Positions 1 through 12,566 of a stretch of 60,000 nt of DNA are shown in pieces (position 1 is the stretch's first letter; the number at the start of each line of letters is the position of its first letter). The position numbers and the translations under genes are program-made. The notes beneath the pieces are model-generated. The model ran no database searches. It saw nothing but the letters and a program-made list of their open reading frames with translations, and was not told the origin of the DNA. Source of the DNA: Lama guanicoe (lineage: Eukaryota); contig MU053431.1 of assembly GCA_013239625.1 (NCBI GenBank), forward strand, positions 1,578,485 through 1,638,484. The letters run 5' to 3'.

Positions 1-3000
1 TCCAGTCCTCACCACAAGGCAGATGCCTAAAGCCCCAGCTCCAGCTTGGTGCCCGGCCACGGCGGGATGTGCTGCATGTCGATGGGGCTGCGGACTGGAC
101 GACCAGGCCCACCCACAGCCGGTGGGTCTGCCGGCCACAGCACGTCGCCCAGCAGAAACCACTCAGTGGGGCATGGGTGCCCACAGCAGCGTGACGACCC
201 TGTGGGGCTGGCCAGGTGCTTCCCCTCCATGAGCTGGTGACTGTGGGCTCTGCGCTGGCGGAAGCCCACCCGCCACCCCTCGTGGCCTGGGCCTTTTTTC
301 CTGTCTGTTCCACTTCCATGAGGTTTTTGCTAAAGCTCAGGGGTGAGGGGCTGAGAGCCCAGGCTGGGAGCTGGACAAACCTTGCCGGCTGTGTGACTGC
401 GGCGCGCTCTGGCCGATCTGAGCTGCCCTTTCCCCTGTGTGCACGTGCCCTGCACATGGTGCATGTGCGCTGCATGTGTGTTGGGTGCTGAGGCCCCGGG
501 CGCCTTCTCTCTGTGCCCGTCTCGCATCCGAGTGACCGTGGATGTTGATTCTGACACCGGCCTGCATTTCTCGAGGCTGTACCAGCCCCACTCCCCTGTC
601 CCATGCCCACCCCAGGGACTGCCTGCCCCCACCCTAGCGCTGCTGTACGAGGAAGGGGACCCGTGCTCTGGGTGTCAGTTTAGCTCCCAAGTCCTGCAAA
701 GAACAGAGAGGGTCCAACCCTGGCCCCCACGGGTCCAAGGCCCATTGTCTTCCCCTTTGGGTCTCACCTCCAGGACAGGGTGAGGCGGCCCCCTGATCCC
801 CCCTTGTTTGCCACCCAAGGAGCTCTGGGATGTGCTGGACCCTGCAAATGAGCAGCTGGGCTCCTGGAACCCCATGCTGATCGGTCAGCAGCAGCTGCCT
901 TCTACGTAAGCCCAGAATCTCACCCTTCCCCCTTCACTGTGCCTGGCCAGGGCCAAGCCACCACTGGATGGTGGCCTGGGCCACTGCAGTGGCCTCCCTG
1001 CCTCCACCTTGCCCCCCAGGATGCACTCTGCACAAGCCCTGGAAACCTCTGCTCAAAGCCCTTTGTAGTCCCACTGCCCCAGGCCATGCCAGAGTCCTCC
1101 CCAAGGCACAGAGGAGACAGAGTGTGGTCTCAGTTGCATTTCAAAGTTTGCCCTGAAGACCAGCACAGGAGGGCTCGCAGCAACAGCCCCCCAGCTGGAC
1201 ACCCTTAAGTGTCTCCTGGCGTACATCCTGCGGTGGAACGATGACACTGCCCGTGGGTGACACTGCACAGGGGGAGTCAGAACCAAAAGCCAGCTGCCTG
1301 CAGGATTCACGCATGGAGCACAACCACTCTGGGCTCTCAGATGTACGGTCGGTGGGCGCTCTGAGGGGTGGGCAGGGGGGCATCACTAACTGAAGGGAGC
1401 AGCCCCAAGTGGAGCCAGGCGCCAGGGAGCACGGCCCTGGAGCTGCCCGAGGGGAGACTTGACAGTGGAGGCTGGCTCTCAGCCTGGTCTTTGAACCCCG
1501 GGTCAGGTGTCAGAGCATTGGAGAAGCCTCAACTTTCAGATGCGAGGCTGGGTCCAGCTGGAAGACAGAGCACAGTCCTGTGTCCCGCGGTGGCTGTGGG
1601 GCCCGGCTGAGCAGGGCCAACTGGGGCGTGCTGGAGGAAGGAAGGTGGGGCTCCTCAAACTCATTTTAGACCCGCCTGGCCTCCAGGGCACTCCTGTGCA
1701 ATGGCCGGGGGATGGGGGTGCCTGCTTGCCAGCCCCATGTCAGGGCGGGGGTGCGGTGAGGGCTCTGGGAATGAGGGAAGCTTGGGTGGGTCTCCATCGC
1801 AAGGCTGGGGGGCCAGAGCTCACCTAATGAGGGATGCCCTTGGAGGTTAGGGGACAGGATGCTGAATTCCAGAGGCTTGGGGGAGACCAGGGCTCCAACG
1901 GGGTGGACGTGATAATCCCGGCCCCGCTTCCGGAGCCCTTCTGACTCCGACCACACTGCACAGAGCCCACTTTCCAGACGGCGAAATTGACGCCCAGAGA
2001 TCAACTCGCGCTCCTCGGCCGTCCAGTGGGAAGTGGGAGTGAGTTGGGGTTTGAACTGACTCCAAGATGGAGGCTGCTGCACCCTCGCCCGGTGGGGACC
2101 AGGGACATGCTCCCCGGCCGCCCTGCTGCACCGCCCTGCTGATCTTTATCTTGCACCAGGGTTCCTGGGAGGTAAGGCTGGGAGCAGGGCCTCCGTGCTT
2201 TAGGCCCCTGGCAGGCCGGGGGAGGGTGGCCAGGGCAGGGCTGAGCAGCTGCTCCTGAAATTCCACCCAGACCCGCCTGACAGGCAGCCCTTCCCCCCGC
2301 AGGGCCTGTGCCTGCCCGGGGCCACGGGCTGGGCCAGCGCCTGAGAGGGGCCTGAGGGAGGCCGGCCTCATCCCTGAGGATATCGCTGAGGGGTTGGGGG
2401 GGTTGGGGGGGCCCAGGACACCCTCCTCTGTCCCCCATGCCCTATGCTCCTCTCTCTGTCCTAAACCGCCCAAAGGCCCCGCCTGGCTGTTCCTTTCAGG
2501 TCTCTGCACACTGAGCAGATATGCTGGTGGCTGGAGACAGAGCTGGAACGAGTGCATCCTGCTGGGAGGACCAGGGCCATCCAGCCTCTCAGGAACGGTG
2601 CTATGGGGATGGTGTGACTTCCCTGGGCGGGCAGGTGACAGAAGTGCATTTGGCCGAGGCAGAGTGGACAGAATCAGTCTCCTGGGGCAGCCTCCAGTCC
2701 CAGCCTCCACCCTCGGAGTGTGCGGAGGGTCCCAGGAAGCGGTGGGAGACGGAGGGAGCCAGATCCCCACCCGAGGCAGAGCCTGCAAGCTCTTGTGCTT
2801 TGGGGAGGAATGTGGTGGCCGTGGGTGGGAAGAACCCAGGCTGTGAAAGTGCGTGCGGTCTCCTGCTGGGGGTCAGCCGGCCAGCCCCCTCTGCAGACCT
2901 GCTTTGTGTTTGCTGGGTGTGCTGGGGCTGCGTTGAGGGGCTGGGGGCTCAGGGGTTTCAAGGCAGGTGGACTCTCCCCTAGGCCCGGGCGCTTCCAGGC

Positions 3001-4849
3001 ACGGACACCAGGGCCAGGAGGAGGCTGTGGTGATGCTGGGATGAGGGTGGGGGTCTGGGCTGCTGCATCTGGGCCTGGGGGGCCTGTACACAGGAGAAGG
3101 TGGCCTGAGTCACCTGCTGGGGTGGGGGGCGGGCAGAGGCCTGAGTTCTGCTCCTTTGGGCCCCTAGTTCGGCCCAGGGATACTCTGGCCTTTTCTCTCT
3201 ATGCCCAGGCTGGAAGGTCTCTACTGGGGCTGAGACCCCTGGAAGGAGCAGGTGGGAGGGAAGGGCAGGTGGGTCAGCCATGCCAATGACTCTGCCCATC
3301 TGCCACTCACACTGGGCACAGGGTCAGCCTGGGCGGAGGGTCCCGTCCTGCCTTCTCCCTCAGCGTGTCTTGGACAAGTGCCCTACCTCTCTGAGCCAGT
3401 CTCCTCAGCTAAGGGGCAGCACTGTCCCCTTGTATCAGGTTGTCGTGAGCCTCCTACTGAGCAACGTGCGTCCAGGTGACCTACGTTCTAGTGACACAGG
3501 TCTAGGCAAGGCGTGTCCGGGCGACACGCACTCAGCTCTGAGCCCGGCGAGTGGCAGTCAACTTCAGACGCAGACCCTGCAGCCCCCGCCGGCTGCCCCC
3601 CCAGCACCTCCCTCACAGGCAGCCCCCAGGAGGCTAGCAGTGCTGTGCTCCAGAGACCCTCCTCTTGGACAAGTCCAAGTCCCATTGCCACAGAGGCCCT
3701 TCGCAGGAGGACAGGAACGCCCTGCACCCCAAGGTCAGGCAGAGGCTCAGGCTCCAACAGCACTGGCACACCTCGCACACCAAGTGGCCATGGCAGCCCC
3801 CATGTTACAGATGAGGGATCTGAGGCTCAGAGTGATGGCACCTGTCCACGGTGCAGTCTCCTAGTGACTTCCTGGGCCAGTTTAGGTGGCAGGTCCCATC
3901 CAGAGAGGGACTGCCAGGACGATTTCTAACACATTGACTCATGACACATGTGCACACACGTGTGACGCCCACACTCACCCATGCAGACACAACGGTATCC
4001 TAACACCATCCTAACACACGAGAGTGCACATCCCCACAGAGATGCCGCGCACGGGGCTGCCACCCTCAGCCACCTCCCCCGACGTGCACATAACTCAGCA
4101 GGGGCGCGGGGAAAGCTGTACACGCCTGTGCGCGTGCACACATGCACAGAGGAACAAGGCAGGTGCGCGCTTGCTCAGTTCCACAGGCTGAGGTGTCGCT
4201 TGGTGGCTCAAGTAACAGCGGTCCCTGCAACCTGACTCCTTAGGGATGGGCCGGGCCCCCATCCCTGCCCTGTGCCCTCCGGGCCTTCACTGGCTGCCTC
4301 CCTGAGGCCTGGCAGGGTAGGGGGAAGGCTGAGCAGAACCCGGGTCTCCCAGGAGCCATCTGTCACTGCCTCCCCAGCGACACCGAGTCGAGGGCAGCTG
4401 AGTGTTCCACGGGGCTCAGCACTGAGCTGTGGCCAGCTGCGCTATGTACAGCCCCTCCCTCCCATGGCTGCACCCCCTTTGCCCCGTGAGGATCTAGGCA
4501 GGGGGGCAGGATGAAGTGTCTGGCCACCAGCCCATTTCTGGTGCCCCCAGACCCTCCCTAGACCATAGGGACTTCCTGGCACAGCTGTGCCAGACTCAGC
4601 CTCAGCTCTGTACAAGCCCCTCAGCCCAAGAAGCCCCCACTCGGCCCCCGGACCAGATGCCCCAGAGCAGGTGGCTGTGCCCCCGTGCCAGCCCCGCCGC
4701 CAGCCCCGCCTCCTGCCCAGCGAACAGGGGCTGGGCCTCCTGCCTCCACCTCCGCTGCGAGCACCCCCACGGGGACCCCAGCTCCCACCCTCGCCTCCAC
4801 CCTGACTGCTGCAGCTGCTGGCCCGGCCAGGGGTCCCCCAGGTACTCAC

Positions 4850-4950
4850 CTGGCCCCTGGTCCTCATCGACCTCCGGGGACCTCCGCTGAATCCGGAAGG
4901 CTCCCGCCTGAGAGATAGAAGCCAGCCCTGTGAACTTGCTTGGGAACAAG
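4850..4950 (-). other. Candidate non-coding first exon of the neighbouring gene (RBBP8NL by synteny)
   Basis: Perfect donor CAG|gtgagt at 4850 in a locally CpG-enriched segment, with promoter-like motifs at 4960-5150. RBBP8NL is the same-strand neighbour 3' of GATA5 in mammals. No coding exon was recognised in 1-4850. Confidence 0.45.
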
Positions 4951-5317
4951 ACATAATTTTGGCCAAACCCGCTTGACAGGTTTTCGATTCCCCGACCAGG
5001 AGCAGAAAGGAGGCAGAGAGTGCCCAAAGCCACCCAACGGGTTCTGCCATCGCACAGAAAGTGGCAAAACGGGTCGGGTCTGAGCCCTCATGGGGATGGG
5101 ATTGTTTCCCTGTAATTACCCTGTGCCTCTGGCCGGAGCGGCCAGTTAACAAGGAGAATCCAGGCTCTGACACGGACATGAGGGGCAGGGCAGTGGGGGC
5201 GTGTGGGGCGGGCGGGAGGGGGCACATTCGCTGGTCTGGTCGCCACTCTGGGGCAGGGGAGGGCGGCAGGGCTCCTCGGCCTGGAGTGTGGCCTGCCTCT
5301 CACCCTGGCTCGCTGCA

Positions 5318-5400
5318 GCTGACCTTTCTGGCCTCAGTTTCCTTGTCTGTAAATTGGGGACAATGAGCACAGGCTTGTCCCCATCAGAGCTCAGGAGGGG
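5318..5400 (+). mobile_element. MIR fragment
   Basis: cctttctggcctcagtttccttgtctgtaaattgggga core. Confidence 0.6.
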
Positions 5401-6679
5401 GAACTCCAGAAGTGAGGTTGGAAGTGGCCCCATGGGTCTGGGGGCCCCTGCCCAGCACTGCCCCCTCCTCCCCGAGGAGAGCAGGCAGGTGGGTGGGCCT
5501 CCCGGGGTCGCAGGGCAGGCCGGGCCCAGGGGGCGCTGTCGAGGGCAGGGGAGGAGCCAGGCATTGTGGTTTTCCGTGTTTGTTCTCTGCACAGCAACAC
5601 TGTGGCTCGCTTACGCAGAAAGGAGCTGGCCTCTGAGGGCTGTGGGCACCCCACACCTGCCCCCTGCATGCCCTGTCTCCCAGCCCTCCTCCTCTCCCTC
5701 CACAAGCCCCAGGCCTGTGCCCCCCTGCCCACATCCTCAGCTCTGCCCTGGAGCTCTGCCCAAGGTCACCCGAGTGAACCCCAGGGAGTGCTCTGGTCTC
5801 AGCAGGGAGGACCCGGGCTCCAGGCCAGCAGCCCTGGTGAGACCCCTACCGGCCACTGCTGGCCGGCCCTGCCTCTCAGGGGAGTAGTGGTCAGCCAGGC
5901 CCTGGAGCTTTGTGGATGCCTTCCGGCTGGGCCCTTTGTGAGCGATGTCTGGCGCTGCAGGCCTCCGTGCAGGCACTGCCTGAGGGAGCGGACGTGGTGA
6001 ATGTGGGCACACCTGGTGTGCGGGGACTGCATGTGCACACGTGTGTCTGTGTGCGCTCACCCCTTGGCTTGTGTGCTTACGTGTTCGGTGTGTTCTTGTC
6101 GTGTGGCTGGTGCACATGTGACCCCTGGGGAGGGCAGACGCGGGAGCAGTGCCAGACCCTCCCTGCAGCTGGGCTGACCCTCAAACTGGCCAGAGTCAGC
6201 CTAACTCCCCTCACCTCAGCCAGGCTTGAATCCCGATGCTGCCCCCTGAGAGCTGGGCCACCTCGGGCCAGTGACCCAACCTCTCTGAGCCAGGACTTCA
6301 TCTGCAAATTTGGCTCTATGATGGTGGCTGGGCCAGGGTCACCCCAGCAGGTGCTCACGTCTCCGGTCAGCGGACGTGGCAGAGGCTCTGACTGGACGAT
6401 GTTAGTAGTGAACAAAAGCGCTAGGTTTCCTAAAGGTGCACTCACAGTTGCCGCACAAGCCAGGGACCCGAGGTGCTCACAGCGCTGGCTCCATCCCTGC
6501 CCGGCCGTTGTCAGTCTGCGGCCGCCCACGGCACCCCACCAGCACCCCACCGGCACCCGTCAGGAGGAGCAGATGTCTGAGCACCAGGACACCGTGAGCG
6601 TCAGGCATCCTGCCGGCTAGGGGAGAGGGCCGCAGTCCTGCTCCGCCACCAGGAGCCCAGGAAGGCACGCCTGGCCCAC

Positions 6680-6885
6680 AGCAGCCGGAGGCAGTCAGAG
6701 GCTGCCCGGGCCCAGGGTCGGAGCGGACACACCGGCAGCAGAGTCCTTCTGGGCCAGCGGAGAGCCGTGTCCGCTGGCTGCAGCAGTGGCGACTACAGGT
6801 GAGTGCTTGCTTGGCAAAACTCAGCTTACACTTAGAAAACGTGAATTTTGTTTAATACAAATTAAACCCCAATGAAGTTGTTTTT
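6680..6885 (+). mobile_element. Old L1M 3'-end fragment
   Basis: caaaactcagcttacacttagaaaacgtgaatttt...aaattaaaccccaatgaagttg resembles L1M 3' termini. Confidence 0.5.
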
Positions 6886-6914
6886 TAAAATTAATTAACT
6901 TTATTTAAAATTTT

Positions 6915-7038
6915 TTTGTTTTGTTTTTTGGGGAAGGTAATTGGGTTTACTTATTTAATTCTGATGGAGGTACTAGGGGTTGGATCCAGGACCTCGTGCC
7001 TGCTGCGCACACACTCTACCACTGAGCTACACCCTCCC
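6915..7038 (-). mobile_element. tRNA-Ala-derived SINE (camelid Vic-1 type)
   Basis: Reverse strand reads GGGAGGGTGTAGCTCAGTGGTAGAG...GAGGTCCTGG...CCTCCAT...AAACCCAATTACC, then an A-rich tail. Flanked by a taattaac TSD-like repeat at 6892 and 7041. Confidence 0.88.
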
Positions 7039-7049
7039 GCTAATTAACC

Positions 7050-7740
7050 TCATTTATTACAGCAGTGTTAGTTTCACAGCAAAATGAGGAGGCGCTGTGG
7101 CTTCCCACATACCCTCTGCCCCAGCACAGGCGCAGCCTCCCCCGTTACCCATGTCCCCCACCAGGTGGGAGGTTTGTTACAAGCCACGACCCTGCACTGG
7201 CTCGTTACCACCACCCAGAGTCCACAGCGACACCAGGACTCACTCCGGTGTTGCACATGCCGTAGGTCTGGACCCGTATCCATTGTTACAGCGTCACACA
7301 GAGCAGCTTCACTGCCCTAAAGATCCCCTGGGCTCCGCCGGTTCACCCCTCCCTCCCTGCTAGCCCCCGGCAGCCCCCAATCTGTTCCAGTCTGTAGGCT
7401 CGTCTTTTCCAGACTGTCGTTTAACTGGAGTCACACGGTTGGTAGCCTTTTCAGACTGGCTTCTTTCACTTAGTAAAGTGCATGTAAGGCTCCTCCGTGT
7501 CTTTTCATGGCTTGCGAGCGCATCTCCTTGTAGCTGAATAATATCCCACCACAGCTCATTTATCTATTCACCTACTGAAGAGCATCTCGGTTGCTTCCAA
7601 GTTCTGGGAATTAGGAATACAGCTGCTATACACCCGTGTGCAAGTTTTGTGTGGACATAATTTTCAACTTCTTTGGGTAAATATGAAGGAGCATGATTGC
7701 TAGATTGTGTGGTAAAAGCATGTTTAGTTCTGTAAGAATA
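7050..7740 (-). mobile_element. L1M (L1MC-like) 3'-end fragment
   Basis: Motifs cttcactgccctaaa, cttttcagactggcttctttcacttagtaa and catctcggttgcttccaagtt; visibly homologous to 15505-16300. Confidence 0.8.
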
Positions 7741-7767
7741 AAATTGATTTTTAAAAATGCTCTTGGT

Positions 7768-7895
7768 GGGGAGGGTGTAGCTCAGTGGTGGAATGCGTGC
7801 TTAGCATGCATGAAGTCCTGGGTTCAATCCCTTGAACCTCCATTAAAATAAATAAATCAATAAACCTAATTACTCCCCATCAAAAAAAAAAAAAA
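7768..7895 (+). mobile_element. tRNA-Ala-derived SINE (Vic-1 type), full length
   Basis: A box TAGCTCAGTGG, anticodon-like CTTAGCA, B box GGTTCAATCC, then aataaa repeats, AAACCTAATTAC and poly(A). Confidence 0.92.
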
Positions 7896-10800
7896 GCTGA
7901 AACACTCTCGAGGGCTGGCAGCTGGGTGTGACCATCCGTTGCCCGCTCTCCACCCGCAGCCTCAGCCCCGGGCTCCTGTCCTGCCTGCCAGTCGGCCGCA
8001 GCCCCGGCCTGGCCTTGGGACAGGACACCTGCGCTGGGCACTAGCCTCAGTCTCCCCGCTTGCCCTGGTTTCTTTCAGGCCTTGTCTGGGTTCTGGCGTG
8101 GCCCCTGGGCTGTGGCAAGGCCACCGCTCCCACCCTGCCTTGGGGAGGTAAGCGGCCGGATCCGGCACCACCGTGGGGAACCTGTCACCTCCCTCAGACA
8201 ACATGCTTGCATGGCGGCGGGTGCAAGCCAGAGGACCAACAGGTGTCTCCCCACATGGCACCCAGCACCCCCACCCCCACCGTCTTGCTGGAATCACAAC
8301 AGCTGTCCTTGAATGTGGACCAGAGGCCTCAGGCTTTCCTGCCCCAGCCCCTCTGCCCTCTCTCCTCGGTGGGGAATCCAGGTCCCAGGCATCACCTGAT
8401 GAAGGATTTGAACTGGGGTTTGTCTGAGAGCAGCACCTTCGCCTCCCCCCACCCCCCACCAGGATGCAGCCCCTCTGTAAACAGGGGGAGTCCGGCTGAT
8501 GGGGCGACGGTCTGTCTCTTGGGCGAGGTCACAGAGAGCGTGGGCCCTCCGCTGGAGCCCTAGGCTCCACCCATCCTATTCTTCCACTGCAAGTTTCTTT
8601 CTCAAACTCTCTCCCCAGCTTCACATTTTCAATTCTGCCCCTAAGGGGCTCCCCACCTGGGGTCCAGATGGGCTGTAAGGTGGGAGTGGAGGGTCTGATA
8701 CCCCCTGCGGTGGATGAGAGAGTGGATGTGCTTGCTTCTAAGAGAGTCTGGGAGGTGTCTGGACTGTGACACTGGGAGGCTCTGCAGGCCCCATCAGATC
8801 GCCTCCCCGCTCAGGGATCTGCTCCCCCTTCAGGGCTCAGCCCCTCCTACACCTGGCCAGTCAAGCCCTCACACAAGCCAGATAATGCAGTTGATGCCCC
8901 GTAAATGTTACTTCCGCTGTTGACCAGGTCCCTAGTGCTACAGTCTGGCTCAGAGGCCCAGGTGAGCTCCTCCTGGATGCCTGACTGCGACAAGCCCCAC
9001 CCCACGCCTCCAAGGCATGCCTGGTGCCCACCTCCGGGTCCGAGGTGACGGCCTGCTCTCCCAGGTCGCACAGCCCTGCAGGGCAGGAGCAGGGCTGTCC
9101 TCTTCTGGAGCCCCAGGGCAGGGACTCAGGACACCCTCATCTCGGGGGAGGGTTGGGCTGTGCAGGTAGGATGCATTCCCACCTCTTCCTGGGTGCCCGT
9201 CCCGACCGTGAAGACGGAGACGTTGCAGCGTCCACCACGGGGCTGCCCATGGGAGGTGTGGGCCCAGGGAAGGGGGTGGTGGACCTGGGGCTGACCCAGG
9301 AGGCTGGAACCATCCCCACTGCCCTGGGGAGAACAGGAGCTCCTGAACGCAGCCACGGGCCTTGCAGTTCTGGGGAAGTGGCCTTGACCTCAGGATGGTC
9401 AGGGATCAGAGTCTGCGGGGGATTCCGGGCAGGGAACACAGAGGGCCCCAGTGTGCATCCCCTGACAAACCCTGCCCGGGCAGGGGGGCTTGTGTCCTCC
9501 CAGCCAGACACTTTCCCTCGCCCGCCCCGAAAATAATGAGGCTCCCTTGTCCAGCCAGGCCGGTGGCCACATTGGCCCGCCCCTTGCTGCCTCCCAGGTG
9601 GCACCTCCTGCCAGTCCTGCCACCACCGTTCAGGGACCAGCAGTCCCCAGGGGCGCGGGAGGTGCACAGCTTCGTTCAGGCTCACCCCTTCACCCCGGAC
9701 ATGTGCAGGCACTTAACATATGACATTCGTTTGTGCCTTCATACGTGCAGGCAATGTTCACTGAGTGCCACGTGGGTGCGGAGGGCTGGGGCCAGCCCCA
9801 CGCAGGTGAGATGGGAGACGCAGCAGTCTTCAATCCTGGCTGTGCACTGTCCGCTGTCTGCAGACCAGGGTGATGCAGGAGGGGAGCCCCTATTTACAGA
9901 GCCCCACTGTGTGCGGGCCCGGGTGACAGGTGGTTATGCTGGTCGTGTGAGCTGGTGCTGGCGCAACGGGGAAAGGAAGCAAAGGGCGGTCAGCAGCAGA
10001 GTGAGGGCACCTTAGAGAGGGTGCCGGGCAGGAGGCGCCCACTGAGGCCCGAGGTGGAGGGCAGGAGGGTGATGCGGGTGAGGAGGTGGGCAGTGAGGAC
10101 CATGGCTGGAGCGTGCACCTGCATGGGGCGGGCGGGTCAGAACAGCGCCCAAGAGGTCAGGGAGGGCTGATACGGTCCCTTCCGAAGCCCAGCAGCCTGG
10201 GGGAGCCCCGTCTCCCCTCCTTGTGGGCTGGGTATCCTGAGCCCTGGATCTTGAGCCTAGCTGCCTCTGATCCACTTGGGGACCCTGGTTCAGGCCTCAG
10301 TTTCCCCATTCATCTGAACTGCCATCGCCAAGTCTCCAAGGACCTGCCCGTGGAGGCTGAACAGCTCGGCAGATGTGAAAGTCCCGGGAAAGGCTCTGTG
10401 GTGTCTGGGGGCACCCTCCCGGAGCGCCGTGACCGAGGGGCCAGGGCTCAGGTGCAGGTCTTGTCTGTGGCTGGGCCTTGGGCGTGAGCACTGCCGGACC
10501 AGCCAGCAGCTTCGGGGAGCACCAGGCAGACCTTCGTGGCCTGGAGGCTGGGGGTGCGGCTGGCGGAGGGACAGCGACGGGAGAGTGAGGGTGGCGGCCG
10601 CGGGAGGGGCCTGGGCAGCGGCGAATACCGGCTGTCCTTCCCGGTGGTTCCTTCACTCACTCATCACTCATTCGTTCCTCTGTCCTGGGCTCTGGGCACA
10701 CGCATGGTCGTGACCATGATGTGCACGCTTCTCTCCTGATTGGGAGACGTCTGGCTGTCAGAATCTGGTGCACAGGGGGCTCTCTGAGCTTGTTTGCTCA

Positions 10801-11769
10801 TCTGTAACCCAGAGATGCCCACCTCGCATGGTGGACGCGAAGATGAAAGGAAGAGTGGAGTCGGTTGGTGTTGCAGCCCAGGGGAGCCAAGAGCTGGGGA
10901 ACGGGGTGAACTGACCAGGAAACGCCCGCCCCTCTGAGGGCTCGCCGTCCAGGCTCACGGTAAATTCACCACCCAGCAGACTGTGGCCGCGCTAGAGCTC
11001 GGGGACTGGTCCACAGCCCCGTCTTCAGCTGCAGCCCGAGGCCCGAGCGGGCCAGGCGGCCCCTGGCAGGGGAGCAGGGAGTCAGGGGCAGCTCCCAGAA
11101 CCCAGCCTCAGGGTCCTCTGTACCTGGCAGCTCTCCCCTCACACCCTCGCTTCCCCGGACAGACAGCCGGAGGCACAATGCTAACTGTGGGTGGGGCTCT
11201 CTCCCGCTTCTATCCCTGTGCTGGGAGGGGCTGGAGATAAGGCTTCAAAGCCTTCTGCAAATGCACCTTTAAAAGCAGGGCCTGGTCTGCCTGCTGTTTG
11301 TGTTACTGGATTGATGGATGGGGTGGGAAGGCCTGTGGGGACGTGGGGGGAGCGCTGGCCAGGCCCCCAGATAAATGGGTCACCTATTAATATGGCCCTG
11401 CAGCGTGAGGGGGGGAACCTTCTCTGAAGCCTGGGGCTGCTGTCCCCACCCTCCCGGCAGGCAGGCCCTTGGTGACCCGGCGGGGGGAGGGGCTGTGGGC
11501 CTGGCCTGGGCAGCTGGGATGGCTGAGAGGACCTAGGGATTTCTTGGGGGAGGGAAAGGCTGAGGCACCCCCAATTCTCCCTCCACGGGGCCTCAACGCT
11601 AGGCACTCTATTTTTAAAATTACTTTTCAATAACACAAGAGCTGTAGGGATGGTCCGCCTTGCAAAGCAGTAAAACTCTACAAATACGGCCAAAGTCTCT
11701 TTTTATTGTCACCTCTGTCCCCTCCCAAGGCAACCTCTGCTGGGGCTTTTCTGTCAGATCTTTCTCTGT

Positions 11770-12310
11770 GTAATCACTCACTGTGCATTTTACTGTCTTA
11801 AGAACATCCAGTGCAGTGACATTTCGTTCACTCACATTACTGTGAATTCCAGAGAATTTTCATCACCCCAAAGGAAAGCCCGTACCGAGTAGCTGTCACT
11901 CCGCGCAGCCCGGGCAGCAGCCAGGCCGCCTTCTGTCTCTGGGGATGCGCCTGTTCGGGACATTTCATGGAAGTGGACTCATGCAGTTGGTGGTCTCTGT
12001 CGCCTGGCGGCGTTCACGGAGCGGGACGTCCCCAAGGCTCATCCGTGCTGCCGCCCGCGTCAGCACTCCTTTCTGCGGCTGAGTGCCTCTCCGTTGTGCG
12101 GATGCAGGTCTTGTTGGTGCACGTGTCTGTCCAGGCACATGTGGGCTTTTCTGCCTTTTGGCCACAGTGAACGGTGCTGCTATGAATGTTCATGTACGAA
12201 TTTTTGGTTAAAAACTGGTTTCCAGTTCTCTTGGGTAGATACCTAGGAGTGGAAGAGATGGGTCATAAGGTAACCCCATGTTTAACTTTTTGGGGAGCCG
12301 CCAAAGGGTT
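11770..12310 (-). mobile_element. L1MB-like 3'-end fragment
   Basis: aattttcatcaccccaaag, ggacatttcat, gctgctatgaatgttcatgtac, tacctaggagtgga, tgtttaactttttg. Confidence 0.75.
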
Positions 12311-12472
12311 CAGGATTTTAACCAACCTGGAGGTGATTTAACTGAGCAGCTAAGGAGAACCCAGCACATCCGCACACCAGATGGTGGAGTCACCTGGGGT
12401 TCTTGTTAAAAAAGGCTGTTCATGTGTCTTCTGTACTGAGTGAAAGGCGGGTCAAGGGACGGCAGGTGATTG

Positions 12473-12566
12473 GTAGACAGACAGACGGGGACAAGCAGAC
12501 AGACTGACAGATAGATGGATCTAGGGTAGGGAAACAGATGGATGGATGGATGGATGGACTGATGGG
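12473..12566 (+). repeat. Compound (AGAC)n/(GATG)n low-complexity repeat
   Basis: gacagacagac...gatggatggatggatggatgga. Confidence 0.75.

Noticed and set aside
1847..2788. 313-aa minus-strand ORF, considered as an RBBP8NL exon
   Set aside because: No RBBP8NL hallmarks (MES-type coiled-coil N-terminus, PLDLS). The Pro/Gly/Arg-rich composition is typical of chance ORFs in GC-rich DNA.
6795..6805. Perfect plus-strand splice donor CAG|GTGAGT suggesting a divergent lncRNA exon
   Set aside because: It lies inside an L1M 3'-end remnant and has no supporting partner exon; probably coincidental.
7768..7845. Apparent tRNA-Ala(AGC) gene (also at 6.9, 15.6, 16.9 and 32.2 kb)
   Set aside because: Stems are mismatched, and the copies share a SINE tail, mostly with A-rich ends or TSDs. 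These are SINEs, not tRNA genes.
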